A stretch of DNA of 63,647 nt, the filler included, from Reclinomonas americana ATCC 50394 (taxonomy: Eukaryota): the NCBI GenBank assembly GCA_048213135.1. It is 18 parts of 18 records of this genome, joined end to end, with 100 filler letters (N's around TTAATTAATTAA, not from the genome) between each part and the next. Parts side by side here need not be neighbours in the genome. Positions count along the whole stretch, not along the records: positions 37,199 to 43,224 come from AFZH01024213.1; positions 43,325 to 44,495 come from AFZH01024214.1; positions 44,596 to 47,238 come from AFZH01024215.1; positions 47,339 to 51,895 come from AFZH01024216.1; 14 more parts are not named here. The stretch is one strand, 5' to 3'. The position numbers and the translations under genes were made by a program. Below, piece by piece: positions 38,209 through 50,804 of the stretch. The notes beneath the pieces are model-generated. The model saw nothing but the letters and a program-made list of their open reading frames with translations. It had not been told where the DNA came from and ran no database searches. The first letter of the stretch is position 1, and each line of letters opens with the position of its first letter.

Positions 38209-38893
38209 TGCGTGTGTGTATGCACGCAGCGCTGCACTTGTATGTCGATGCAGAGGTCACTGGGCGCATTCTGTTCCACTTGGCCAACACGCAGATTGGG
38301 TGAGTGTGTATGTGCTTGACATTGATCAGTGCATGCTTGTGTCTCTCTCTGATGAGTGCAAGCAGGCCGTGTCTGCAAGATGTGCCTGCGAGCGACGCCG
38401 ACTTGATCGCGGTGCCGCGACTGGACTTTGCACTGGGCAGCGAGGATCGCGAGCTGTTCACGTTGGACAAGGAGAAGTTCAAAGTGCCCTCGGTGCGTGT
38501 GTACTGCTACTGCTGCTCGAGTGAGCGTGTGTGTATGTGTACTTATGGCGTGTGTGCGACGTGTAGATGTACAAGAAAGATAAGAAGAAGAGCAGGAGAG
38601 ACGGAGCGGGTGGCGACAAGCGGGAGAAGAAAAAGGCCAGGAAGGAGAGTGCTGCAGGTGGTGGCGGCAGTGGTAGTGGTGGTGGTGGTGGCAGTGGAGG
38701 ATCGGCGGCGCAGGGTGGCAATGGCATGGACGGAGGAGGAGGAGGCGGAGGAGGGGAGGGGAACGGTGGAGCAGCAGGTGGCGGTGGAGCAGCAGGTGGT
38801 GGTGGTGGTGGTGGCGTTGGTGGTGGTACTGTGGCTGCGGGCGGCGGTGGATCGGCCTCGGGGAGTGGAGTTGGAGGGGGGACGAGATCATGA
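37839..38893 (+). CDS. Pro/Lys/Gly-rich protein of unknown function, spliced
   Basis: MEVDG|ESLVIPPAPG...KKKNKKKKKK...|MYKKDKKK...poly-Gly*, with GT-AG introns. Confidence 0.55.
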
Positions 38894-39559
38894 ATTGTTG
38901 TGGAAAAGGGAAGGATGAGGGGAGGGGAAGGGGAAGGGGAAGGGAGAGGAGGGAAGGGGAAAGGGCACCGGCGTGCAGGATCTCTTCTGTTTTGCACATT
39001 CCGAGTTGAGGACGGTGGAGTGGTGGGAGATTAATGATCGACATGAGACTGAGACGTGCAGATACTGTGGAAAGAAAGGATGGAGGCGTGAGGGGATCGT
39101 CGAAATGCATGATCTCTTCTTCTGCCTGCACGATAGAAGGCGGTGGGAACAATAAGTGCAGGGAGATGGTGAGACGGGGAACGCATGGAAGAACGAGGAG
39201 ATCGTTGCCACGGGCGTCGGCACGCATGATCTCCTTTTCTGTTGCACTGGTGATAGAAGGCACTGAGGGCGGTGAGAGCACGAAGTACAGGGAGATGATG
39301 AGACGGAAGAATGCAATGAGGAAGGAGGGTATCGCTGACGTGCATGATCTCTTTCTACCGAGAAGGAAGACTCTGGCGTGGAGTGACGGGAGACGTGCAG
39401 ATACTTTGGGAAGAATCGTATCGACAGGGCATCGGCGTGCATGATCTCCTTTCAGAGAGAGAGAGATAGAAAGAGAGAAAGAGAGAAAAGATAGTCAGGA
39501 AGGGCAGTTGTACTTTCGGCAACTGTGCACTACCATCTACTCCTCCCAGATTCACACTT

Positions 39560-40540
39560 TGACATTGGATTGAAGAGCAGGCAGTGTTGCAGATCTCTCC
39601 TCTCTGTTCAACACGTAGAAAGAGGACAAGGCACGGTTTTTTGTCGTGAAGAAAGCAGCGGTATTGTCGACACTGCCCGTGACGATATCAATCACATCTC
39701 CCTCGAGCACCATACTCGATACTGAATCGAAGAGTACACAATGTCGCAGACCTCTCATCGTCTCTGGTCAACACGGAGGAGGAGGAAAATGCACAGACTC
39801 GCGAGGAGACTGTTGTAACACTGAACTTCCCGAGTGCACGATCGAGACGACCATCTTCTCCCTCCAGCACCACATTCAGAAGCTGGTTCGACGAGCAGAC
39901 AATGTCGCAGAGCTCTCCTCCTCTCTGGTCAGCACGAAGGTGAAGGACAAGGCACAGACAAGCAAGGAGACTGTTGTAACACTGAACTTCCGAGTGCACG
40001 ATCGAGACGACCATCTTCTCCCTCCAGCACCACATTCAGAAGCTGGTTCGACGAGCAGACAATGTCGCAGAGCTCTCCTCCTCTCTGGTCAGCACGAAGG
40101 TGAAGGACAAGGCGCAGACAAGCAAGGAGACTGATGTAACACTGAACTTCCGAATGCATGACCGAGCAACAAACAACTTCCACCACGACACTCTAACTGA
40201 ATCGAAGAGTAGACAATGTCGCAGAGCTCTCCTCCTCTCTGGTCAACACGGAGGAGGAGGAAAAGGCACAGACTCGCGAAGAGACTGGTAGCAAATAACT
40301 TCCGAATGTGACCGAGACGATCATCTTCTCCCTCCAGCACCACACTCTGAAACTGAAGAGAAGAGTACACAATGTTGCAGACATCTCCTCCTCGCTGGTC
40401 AACATGAAGGAGGAGGAGGAGGAGGAGAACAAGGCACAGACAAGCGAGGAGACTGGTAGCAAGAACTTCCGAATGCACGACCTAGACGACCATCTTCTCC
40501 TTCCAGTACTACACTCTGAAACTGAAGAGAAGAGAAGACA
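39560..40540. repeat. ~160-bp tandem repeat, about 6 copies
   Basis: TG(T/A)TGTAACACTGAACTTCC at 39811, 39972 and 40132; the central copies are nearly identical and the flanking copies diverged. Confidence 0.85.
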
Positions 40541-40677
40541 ACACTCCTCTTCTCCTCCCCCTCCAACACGATGGAGGAGACTCGCCAGGAGACTGACGAA
40601 AGCCATGAAGATCACCACCTGTGTACACTCAAATCCGCACCTCCTTCTCCACACAGAGTCTCTCTCCGCATCCACGC

Positions 40678-41379
40678 TCATCGCGATCCCCCACGTGGTC
40701 GGTACTGCGCCTTGTGCTCCGTCTGCGACAGCCGCTCCCTCGTCAGCTCGCCACTGCGCGTCCACTACACACACACACACAGAATACCAGTTAGCACAAT
40801 CAAACGCAATCATGCAAAGCAATACAAACACACACCCTTGTGCGATGCTCCTCCAACTCCTCCTCCGACAAGTTGACTGGGGGCGCCTTGAAGGCCTTGG
40901 GCGCCATCTCCTTGGGCGACACAAACTGCGCCTGCTGCTCCGTCTGGAACGTTGGCGGATACACTCCAACCGTCACATGCTTACGTTCCGTTGGATCCAC
41001 ATCCGGCTGGTGACCGGGAAAAGCTCGCGTGTCCGGTACCGTGGTCTTGTCGGCGCGCCACGATTGCTCCTTGGTCAGCACGTCCGATCGCTCACGAAAC
41101 ACCGATGGCGACGAGCCAGCTTCCGCATTGACATTGACTCGCGGAGCACTGGCCGCAATGGTGGCCTTGTACACGGATCGCCACTCGCCCTCCAGCTCCG
41201 AGGCCAGACGCGGACGAGTGGCCGAGAAACCGCGATCAAAACGCTCCTCGTTCCAGTTGTTCACCAGCGTGCCAGAGCTGTAGGTTCTGTGTGCGTCCGT
41301 AACAACACTGGATGTGTGAGCGCGGGAGAGGGTGTGTGAGTGTATGGAAGGGACGCAACGCCTTGCCGGGCTCGTGCAT
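40678..41379 (-). CDS. CFAP68/C11orf1-like axonemal microtubule inner protein (NWE motif), 3 exons
   Basis: YSSGTLVNNWNEER and AFPGHQPDVDP motifs. Confidence 0.7.
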
Positions 41380-41485
41380 CTGGATGTGATTTTAACAACG
41401 CACGGGACGGGACAGACGTCACTCTTCATTTTTTTACAACAATGATGAAAAGGGAGCGGAGATGGCAGCAGCGAGGCTCTCATCA

Positions 41486-42803
41486 TCACGCATAGTTGAC
41501 TGGCGGACCAGGCAGCGGCGACTTGCTGCTGCCGGTCACCGGCGGTGCGGCTGCAGTCGGTTGCAGGTGCGGATACGGCGGCGGCGGTCCGTAAATCGGA
41601 TACTGCATGAGCACAGCTGGCTGACCGGTGGCGCCCAGGAGCGGCACGGGGACCATGTGCGGCTGCGGCGGCGCCTGCGGAAGCAGCTGCACCGGCCGCA
41701 GCACGGTCATTTGTTGCGCAGCAGTCGGAGCTCCATGACCGTCCTCCTCGTCGGTCTCAATCACCGAGTCCAAACGGCCGTAGCGCACGGCCTCGTCGGC
41801 GGAACGGCGAGCGGCACGACGACGCTGCGTGGGTGCGAGGAAAAGGGAGGAGAGTCAGACTCAAGTGTGCAAGCACCGCGCGCAAGGTGATCATGACAGC
41901 CGACCTTGACAATCACAATGAGCATCACAATGCCGCCAATCACCAGCAGGCCGCCGGCCGTGCCGATCAATGCGCGCGCCCACGGCGGCAGGCGGGGATG
42001 AGCGGGCGGGTTAACTTGGGGGACGTTATCGTACGATCCCTCACGATCGTGGCCTGAAACACAGATCACGTGTTTAGATCTTCCCTCAAACACGCGCACG
42101 TGTCTCTCTCGCATGCACACACTCACCACCATTCGGAGGATGGCCTTGCGGAGGAGGAGGAGGCGGGCGCTGGTTCGGATCGGGCATCCATCGGCAGCCG
42201 ACTTGCCGCTGCACAAGTCAACAACAACCAAGAACAAAGAACGACGTGATCATCAACGACAGAGCGCGCGCCTAGACACACACACACTGTGCTGACCTCG
42301 CAGTGCTTGAACTTGTTCAGCTGCGCGCACTGGGTGGGGGCATTCAGGCACTGATTGGACGACCATCTTCGCAACAAGGGAGAATCATGAGTGATCTCGA
42401 CGTGGCACGCACAGAGAGACACGCGTGTGTGTGTGTTTGTGATGTGCAACACACGCAACTCGCATCCACGCTGATGCTCACAGCGTTCCGAGTTGTTGGC
42501 GAGCTCGGCACACGCAACGGCCACACCGGTGCACACTCCGTGGCCGCCGTCGTGCAGCGTATCTTGATCACTCTCTGCGCGCAGGGGAGAAGGGTGGAGA
42601 AAGGAGGGGGAGAGAGAGAGGCAAGGAGAGAGGGGTGAGTGAGTGAGTGCGTTTTTACTGGCACGCCGCACACAACAACAATCGGACGAAAAGCACGCAC
42701 CGGCTGTGACGAGGATCACCAGCGACAGCAGTGTTAGTGTGATCAGCAGCAGTGCGCTGTGTGTCGCACAAAGGCGAGAGGAGCGGAGGGGGAGGAGAGT
42801 CAT
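41486..42803 (-). CDS. Single-pass membrane protein: signal-like N-terminus, Cys-rich ectodomain, Pro-rich tail
   Basis: LLLITLTLLSLVILVTAG; Cys-rich exons; TM segment ALIGTAGGLLVIGGIVMLIVIVK; tail containing PPPPYP. Confidence 0.6.
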
Positions 42804-43848
42804 GGGCGGGGGCGGAGGAGTCTTTTCTTCTCTCCCGCGACGCGATTGAATTGGAGCTTAGAGACGCCGCGACGGATGCGCGCGCTCGCGCGAGAACTTT
42901 TTCGGAAATGGGTTTGTGTTTTGATGTGGGTGGGTCGGAGGGTGGTGTGCGTGTGTGTGTGGAGGAGAGAGAGGGTGGATGGGTTAGGGCGACGGTGGGT
43001 CGGAGGGTGAGAGAGAAATGTGCGACGAAAAACAGACAAATATTGCATTGCATTGGATTGATACTTGATCGGTGCGTTTTGCAAGGCTGAGCAGTGGAGC
43101 GATGCATGCGATGGCCACACGTACCCATATCCGTCTTGCGCTGCTCCAGGCTGGAAAGATCTGGAGGCTCTGCCGATTTCGTGGGCCACAATTGTGCACG
43201 ACAACAACAACAAACTTTACTAATNNNNNNNNNNNNNNNNNNNNNNNNNNNNNNNNNNNNNNNNNNNNTTAATTAATTAANNNNNNNNNNNNNNNNNNNN
43301 NNNNNNNNNNNNNNNNNNNNNNNNGGTGAAGCCGAGAATTCACAGCGCTCCGCATCAGCCCGCAGCGCAGCGTGCTGGCGTCCACATGGAGCACCTGAAT
43401 GCGAAGGTTCTCGAACTTGCTGCAACCAGGCAGCACTGGACGGCGAGGAAGGCTGGTTCAGGATCCAGCATGCATCGGAATTCGAGTTTCGAAAAAATTT
43501 GAAAATCAGGCGGAAAAAGATCCCATTGTTTGCGGTCACCGCCCACTCTGTGACACAGGCGGACTGCATCGTTCCCTGTATATGCCAGTGGGCATCTCCA
43601 CCGACCGACCCTCGTAGAGCTCCGAGTTTGCAACTGGTTTTGCGAATTCGAATGTGTCGATATCGAATTCGTGCTGCAATCGATCTTCGTTGCCCACTAC
43701 ATTGAACGTGACTTCTCTGCTTTGTATCATACGGCGCGTGCTCCCGATCCCACCACAAGCGCCCTCGTACCTGGAAAACGAATTCCAAGCATCCATCGCT
43801 TCAATTTCGATCGATTCGCCTTGAATTGTGCTTTCCCCCCCTTCTCCG

Positions 43849-45981
43849 ATGGGCCCCCCGCTGGGCTCATCGGCCATCGCCTCCCTCGCGCTCAACCTCT
43901 TCAGCTCCGTCACCCTCGTCTTCCTCAACAAGTCGCTTTTTCGTCAAGGGTTCCAGTTTGGTTCGTCATCGTCGCCACCATGCATGCATGCAATCACTCG
44001 CCACCCACCTCTCTGATCGCATGCCTCTGCGCAGGCACCGTGTTGACGCTCTTGCACTTCCTCTCCACCTTTGTGCTGCTCGTGGTCTGCCTGCAACGTG
44101 GTCTCTTTCGATTCAAGAGACTGCCGACACGCCCGGTGCTGGCCATCTCGTGTGCATTCTGCGGCACCATTGTGTTGAGGTTGAGTGATTGCAGTTGCTC
44201 TCTCTCTCTCTCACTGGGATCTCGCTGCTGTCTCTCTTCATCAGCAGGCAGAGTCATTCATGAGTCTCATTGTCATCCCACTCTCCTCTTTTCTCCCTCC
44301 TCTCCAGTCTCCTCATTGCCAGCGACTTGCTCCTCTCTTGGACACTGTTCCCTCCTCCAAGTTCTCCTTCCTCTTGTTGTCGTTGTTGTTGTTGTTCTTC
44401 TTCTTCCTTCTTGTTCTTGTTCTTGTTCTTCCTCTTCCTCTTCCTCTTCCTCTTCTTCTTCCTCTTCTTCTTCCTCTTCCTCTTCCTCTTCTTCTNNNNN
44501 NNNNNNNNNNNNNNNNNNNNNNNNNNNNNNNNNNNNNNNTTAATTAATTAANNNNNNNNNNNNNNNNNNNNNNNNNNNNNNNNNNNNNNNNNNNNTCTTC
44601 TTCTTCTTCTTCTCCTCCTCCTCCTCCTCCTCCTCCTCCTCTTCCTCTTCCTCTTCCTCTTCCTCTTCTTGTTCTTGTTCTTTTTCTTCTCCTCATTCTT
44701 CTTCTTCTTCTCTTTCTATCATTCTTCTCCTTCCCCTCTCACCATCTCCTCCTCTTCTCCTCCTCCTCCTCCTCCTCCTCCTCTTCCACCTCTCCCTTTC
44801 CATCTTACCTCTTCCCCCTCTCCCCCCCCCCTCACCCTCCCTTCCCCTCTATCCCCCCCAGCAACTTGAGTCTCGCATGGAACTCGGTATCATTCTACCA
44901 AGTTACGACACCGCCCCGTCCTTTCCCACATGCACAGCACCACTCACTCACTGTCCTTCTTGCAACAGGTGATGAAGGTGTTCTGCACACCTGCCGTACT
45001 CCTGGTCGAGTGGCTGTTCACGGGCAAGCGCTACAGTCGCTCCGCCGTGCTCTCGCTCATTCCCATCTGCGTCGGTGTCATTGTGGCCGCCCTCACCGAC
45101 ATGGAGCTGAATGTGCGCGGCACGGTGGTCGCCGTCCTCGGCGTCGCCTGCAACGCCGTGTACGGCGTGGTGCGTTCACAGTCGAAAAATCTCTTTTTTG
45201 AGTCACACGGTCTCACCCCCGTGCGTGCAGTGGAGTGCCACCAAGCAGCACGAGCTGCAGTGTGATTCGTTCCAGCTGCTCCTGTACCAGTCGTGTGTGT
45301 CATCGGTGGTGCTCTTTGTGGTGGCGCCGTTCTTTGATCGCCTGTCGGATGTTGGCGCCTTTGTGTTTTCGTTGCCGTCGGTGGTGAGTGCCCAGATGTG
45401 TGTGTGCTTGTGCAATCGACTGCTCATCGCCCATGCAGACAACGCTCCTCCTGTCGTGTGGCATGGCGTTCCTGGTCAACCTCTCCTTTTTCATGGCCAG
45501 TGTCAAGACGTCACCACTCAGGTACGTGTTTTGCTGACACCCCCTTTATTCACTCATCGCTCACAGATGTGCACACACACAGCGTAAACGTCCTCGGCTA
45601 CCTCAAGACCAGCCTGGTGATGCTCGGTGGTGTGCTGCTGTTTGGCGGTGAGTTGCCTCACACTTCTCCCAACAGCCGCCCGCGTCTCACCTTTCCTTCA
45701 CAGGCACCCCCGACGTGCGCAACTTGATTGGCCTGCTCATCACCATGGCCGGCCTGGCCTGGTACACACGAACGCGTGTCGAAGCCGCCAATGCGGCCTC
45801 GTCTGCCGCAGCGTCGGTTCCGCCACTGTCACCGCATGCGCCGCCGCAGCGTCACCTGTCGCCCGTGTCGCAGCTGAAAAAGGACGACGGCGACGGGGTG
45901 GTGCTGCTGCGCGACCGCGACGAGGAGATGGCACTCAGCGATGCACACGATCGCGACAGGCGCGAGAGACCACCAAGATAA
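43849..45981 (+). CDS. Nucleotide-sugar/triose-phosphate transporter family (SLC35E3-like); one intron spans the gap
   Basis: NLFSSVTLVFLNK; IVLS|NLSLAWNSVSFYQ|VMK is in frame across the gap; QLLLYQ; NVLGYLKT. Confidence 0.85.
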
Positions 45982-46056
45982 TTGTAGGATTTCATTGTGC
46001 GTGTACAGCGTGGTGGTGGTGGTGGTGGCGAAGACTGGCAGGGCGGATTCTTGATT

Positions 46057-47238
46057 TCATTTCATGGCGACGTCGAACTGGCGCTCAAACATCTCAAACA
46101 GCGACTCCTCGAACTGTGCGCGCGAGAGGGAGGTGAGTGCGTAACAGCAGTGTGCGCGACAGCAACGGGACGTACGCAACAATGGTGAAGCGGATCTCTG
46201 GTGGATATATATACAAGGGAGTCGTGTGAGTGGCACTGTGTCGGGCAATGCACCGACGACCGACGCAAGTGGACGCAACTCTCCAGATTGGTCTTGTCGT
46301 GATTCTTCTCGACCCACTCGCGCAGCGCTTGCACCAGAGTGAGGCACGCCAGTTGCTGTGGGAAGTGATGGCCGCCAGTCGACAGCGCCGGCAGGCACAC
46401 TCTGCGTGGCAAACGTGAGCGCAGGCGCAGCAGCACGACAACGAGTGGACAACCACTCAACGTGTGGTGACCCTCGGCATTGACTGCGTCGAGGGCGTTG
46501 TGAATGGCCTGCTTGAGGAGGTCGCGGGCATTCTCGTCCTTGTTCCAGCGCGGGCCACAGACGTGCACAATGCGCTTGGCGGCCACACGACCACCGGCGT
46601 CCGTCACGAACTGCGGGAGGCAGTGAGTCAGCACACAACAGCTGTAACAATAGAGGAGCTATGCACTCACCGCATGACCGACTTGCAGCTGACCGCCATT
46701 GGCCTGCAGCCATTGAGCCTGCGAGCACGCACACCATGAGTATTCCAGCACGTCTCCATCCTTCTCCACCTCACTCACTCACTCACCACTTGCTGTCGCA
46801 ACCCGGGTCCCGCCGCCTCCGCAATCGCATGCGACACACCGCCATTCATCGACACTCGCGTGTCGGTGGCCGATCCTGTGCAGACAGTGAGTGAGTGACA
46901 CAGATGATTATAACATGCACTGTGGTACAACGCACCAATGACATCGAACGGCTCGTCGATAATGTTGCCGCGGGCCAGCGACAGAGCGATGCCGTGCACC
47001 ACCTTTTCGCGCACCAGCTGCGACTGCGTGCGCTTCAACAGCGCCGCCTGCACACCAGCGACACCCGACGAGCTGCCAGCGGCCGGCGCCATCACCACCG
47101 GCGGCGGCACGATGTTCTTGTGCACCGTAATGTTGCTCTTGCTCTTCTTGGACGATGACGACGACGACGACGACGACGATGCGACAGGCTTCCTCAGCTT
47201 CTTCGCCGGCTTGTGCACCGGCGACGGTGGCGGCGACG
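46057..47238 (-). CDS. Macro-domain protein preceded by a basic Lys/Ser linker (5' truncated)
   Basis: RGNIIDEPFDVI, GGVSHAIAEAAG, RIVHVCGP, CLPALSTGGHHFP. Confidence 0.8.
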
Positions 47239-48471
47239 NNNNNNNNNNNNNNNNNNNNNNNNNNNNNNNNNNNNNNNNNNNNTTAATTAATTAANNNNNN
47301 NNNNNNNNNNNNNNNNNNNNNNNNNNNNNNNNNNNNNNTCCTCCCTCCTCCCTCCTCCCTCCTCCCTCCTCCCTCCTCCCTCCTCCCTCCTCCCTCCTCC
47401 CTCCTCCTCTCCTCTCCCTCTCTCTCTCCCCCTCCTTCCCTCCCTTCTCCCTTCTCCCTCCCTCCCTCGTTCGCCACAGATATTACCGCTTGGAGAAGTC
47501 CACGTGCGGCGGACTGGACATTGGGCACGAGTCGTTGCAGACGATGTACTACATCAGCCGAATTGTGGTGTCTGAGTGAAGGGCGTGCCGATGAGCAACA
47601 AGGTGCTTCTGGGTGTTCGGAGAGTCGAGAGGAAGAGTCTGCTCAGATTCTCTGCTCAGCTGTACTGCAAGCAGGCTGGATGCTGAAGTTTGTTTGTCTC
47701 CCCTTCCTTTCGCCTTCATCTGTGGTCCTCACTTATTCTCCTGGAGTACTGCTTCTTCTCTTCTCTCCCTCTCTCTCGCTTTCGCGCGCGCTCTCTCTCT
47801 CTCTCCTCCTCCTTCTCCTCCTCCTCCTCAGTCAGTTGTTCTGCAAATACGCTTGCTGTTGAGAGCACATTTCCTATCACACCATGGGCTGCTTTCTGCT
47901 CGAATACTATGCTCACTCAGTGCTGAGATTTGCCTGTCTCTCATGATCCTTCGCATCTTTTCGCCCTCATCTTGCTATTCTTTTTCAGCTCGATTCTTTC
48001 CTCTGTCGCTTGCTCATGGAGATGTCTTCTTCTCATCCTCTCCCTGTCGCCTGCCGCTTCCGTCTGTGGTCCTCGCTCAACTCGTTGGGTGCCATTTCTT
48101 CTCTTTCCTCTCCTTCTTTCCCCAGTTGTTCTGCAAAATTGCTGATTGTTGATATTTGCCTGTCTCCCCTCGTCCGAATTCTCCCTCATCCGCAGTCTCC
48201 GCTCACTCGTGCTTTGATCTCTATGCTTTTCCTGCAGTCATTGCAGCCATTTCATTCCCTTGCTCTTCCCCAGCAAACTGCACTGCATACAAAACCGAAC
48301 CGACGTCGACGTCGCGCAACTCACCTCTCACTCACCTTTTTCCCTTCCCTTTCCCCCCTTGGCCACCTTCTACTTCCCTTTCCCCCCTTTCCCCTTCTCC
48401 ATTAACCCTTTCCCCCCTCCCCCCTGTGTCCCACATCAAGTCCCAAAAAAAGACCCTTCTTATTCCGATTG

Positions 48472-49641
48472 ATGACAGCTGCAGAGCAGTCATCATCGTC
48501 CACGTTCCATGCTCACACCGGCGCCATTCTCGCTCTCACCATCACTGCCGACTCGCAATACATTCTCTCTGGCGGCGAAGACGCCCTCGTGCGCGCCTGG
48601 TCCCTTCTCCAGACAGGAGGAGCCAATTATGGCCTCGAGTGGCGCCGTTATCACGGCCACAAAAAGCCGGTGGTGGCCGTCGCCTGCACCAGCGACGGCG
48701 AGTGCGTCATTGGTGGGAGCTTCCGACCCGGCGCCAAGGTGCTGGTGTGGTCGTTTGCGAGCGGACAGATCCTGCGCGAGTTCGAGTTGGGCGTGAGCAC
48801 AGATTTGGTGTTCGATGCCGCCATGTGCATGGCGGCCGACGGACAGCGCGTTCTGCTCGGATGCACCGACCATTGCGTGCATATGATGTCGGTCGCCAGC
48901 GGGCAGCGCGTGATGACCTCGAGTCGCACGTGGTATGTCAGTTCGTTGGCGGCCACTGTGGATGGCAAGTACGTGCTTGTCCGCTGTGTCGGTCAGCCGA
49001 CAGTGCATGTGCTGTCGGCCTCCACGGGCGCTCTCGTGCGGCGACTGCACGATGCCGACGAGGAGGGGAGGCCGTACGGAGGCGATCGGCACGTCAAGCA
49101 CGACGTGGTGGTGACGCCCGACGGCGAGCACGCCTTGAGCAACAGCGACCGGGAGGTGTGCATGTGGTCGCTGAGCAGCGGGCGGAGGGTGCGCCGGTGG
49201 CCGGTGCGCGCCTTGAAGCTGGCCATGACGCCGCACGGCCGGTCGTTCTGTGCGCTGGTCAGCGACGGGTCGGTGCGTCGCTGGTCGCTGGAGACCGGAG
49301 AGGAGTTGTCACCCGTCTTTGACAAGGAAAAGGAGGAGGAGGAAGAGGAGGCGGCGCCGTCGCCGCGTTACCAGACGTTGAATGTCACGCCGGACGGGCA
49401 GTACGTGGTGGCGGGCGACGCCACCGGCGCCATCACCATGTGGGCCAGTGAGTTGGCGCTGGCGCGAAGGGAGTTGGCGGCCGCCGAGCAGGCCCGCAAG
49501 GCGGTGCAGGCGATGATGCCGAGGTGGGGGCGCGCAGGTGGCGCGGTGCCGCACAATGAGAGGTGTTTGGTGGAGGTGGTGATGCGGTGCTTTATGGTGG
49601 AGGAGGCGCAGGTGGTGGTGTGGAGGGCGCGGGGGTGGTGA
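48472..49641 (+). CDS. Intronless WD40-repeat protein with helical C-terminal tail
   Basis: HTGAILALTITADSQYILSGGEDALVRAW and further diverged repeats; tail LARRELAAA...LVEVVMRCF. Confidence 0.85.
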   Translation: MTAAEQSSSSTFHAHTGAILALTITADSQYILSGGEDALVRAWSLLQTGGANYGLEWRRYHGHKKPVVAVACTSDGECVIGGSFRPGAKVLVWSFASGQILREFELGVSTDLVFDAAMCMAADGQRVLLGCTDHCVHMMSVASGQRVMTSSRTWYVSSLAATVDGKYVLVRCVGQPTVHVLSASTGALVRRLHDADEEGRPYGGDRHVKHDVVVTPDGEHALSNSDREVCMWSLSSGRRVRRWPVRALKLAMTPHGRSFCALVSDGSVRRWSLETGEELSPVFDKEKEEEEEEAAPSPRYQTLNVTPDGQYVVAGDATGAITMWASELALARRELAAAEQARKAVQAMMPRWGRAGGAVPHNERCLVEVVMRCFMVEEAQVVVWRARGW

Positions 49642-50804
49642 GAAGGGAAAGGGGATTGAAGGGGAAGGGGGATGGGAAGGGAAAGGGAAATGAAACTGCG
49701 CGAAGGTGGGAAAGGTGGAGGGAGGGGGAGGGAGGGAGGGAAAGAGGGGAAGGGGAAAGGGAAGGGAAAGGAAAGTGTGCTCATGGCGGAAAGGGTGGGA
49801 GAGGAAGAGATTGAGGAACGGGAAATGGGAAAGGGCAAGAGACAGCGGAAGGGACGGAGGAAGGGAAATGGAAGTGTGCTCATGGTGGAAAGGGTGGATG
49901 GATGGAGAGGAAGGGATAAAGAGAGAACAGGGCGAGGTGTGCAGGGGCGAAGAGGCTGGTGGAGGAGAGTGAAGCATTGCAAGAAAGTGAAGAAAGTGTG
50001 AGCGTGAGCAGGCCACAGGTCGAGAAAGCAGAGCGGGCGAGGCGAAGGGAACGGCGAGTGGAGGACAACGAAAGTGGGAGAAGGGAGAAAAGATTCAGAA
50101 TGAAGAGAGTTATCTGTGACAAACCTAGTGGAAGCGCGAGTGGGCAGGCCAATGGTCGAGAAAACATGAATAAGCGAGGATAGGAGTTGCACGGAAGAAC
50201 GAGCGCAGACAAAGGGCGAGAGAAGTCGCTGCATACCGAAACAACAAAGGAACAAAGTGAACGGATGAATGGGTGGGTACGAGAGAAACGCTCGAGCAGA
50301 GGACCAGTCTCTGTGACAAATAGCAATGCAGTGCCACGGGTTGACGAGGTGTGACAATCGTGGTGAACGGATGAAGTGCGTGGGGGGCAGAGAAACAAAG
50401 AGCACGGAAAGAAAGAATGAGGAAAGAGAGGCAAGAAAATCGAAGGAAAGGAGGAACAGTCTCACTGAGACGAAAGAGGCAGAGAGAAGGGTGAGAGGGG
50501 GACAAAGACAACCATGAGAAGAGTCGACAGATGCAGAGGAAATCGGCGATATTGACCAGTGGATTAGAAGCAACATCGTGAATGAAGAAAAGGAGAGAAG
50601 TAGTCTCAGCATCGAATGCAAGAGGCAAAGAGAAGGGTAGGTGAAAGACAAGAAGGGCGGGGCTAGCATGAGTCTCCGTCAAAGAGAACCCCCCTCTCTT
50701 CACCAAAATCACAAAACATTTCAAGTCACCTTGCATTTCAGCTTTGCCCTCACTCACTCACTCACTCACTCACTCCTTTCCCACCCTAACTCTCTCTCAC
50801 CAGC

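Noticed and set aside
37839..38893. Mediator MED19 identity for the Lys-rich protein
   Set aside because: Only compositional similarity; no diagnostic motif recognised.
43325..43500. Faint histone H2A resemblance (MEHLNAKVLELAA)
   Set aside because: The match is too short, flanking H2A motifs are absent in frame, and a stop follows.
47480..47579. Likely terminal exon YYRLEKSTCGG...IVVSE*
   Set aside because: Too short to identify, and upstream exons are lost in the gap.
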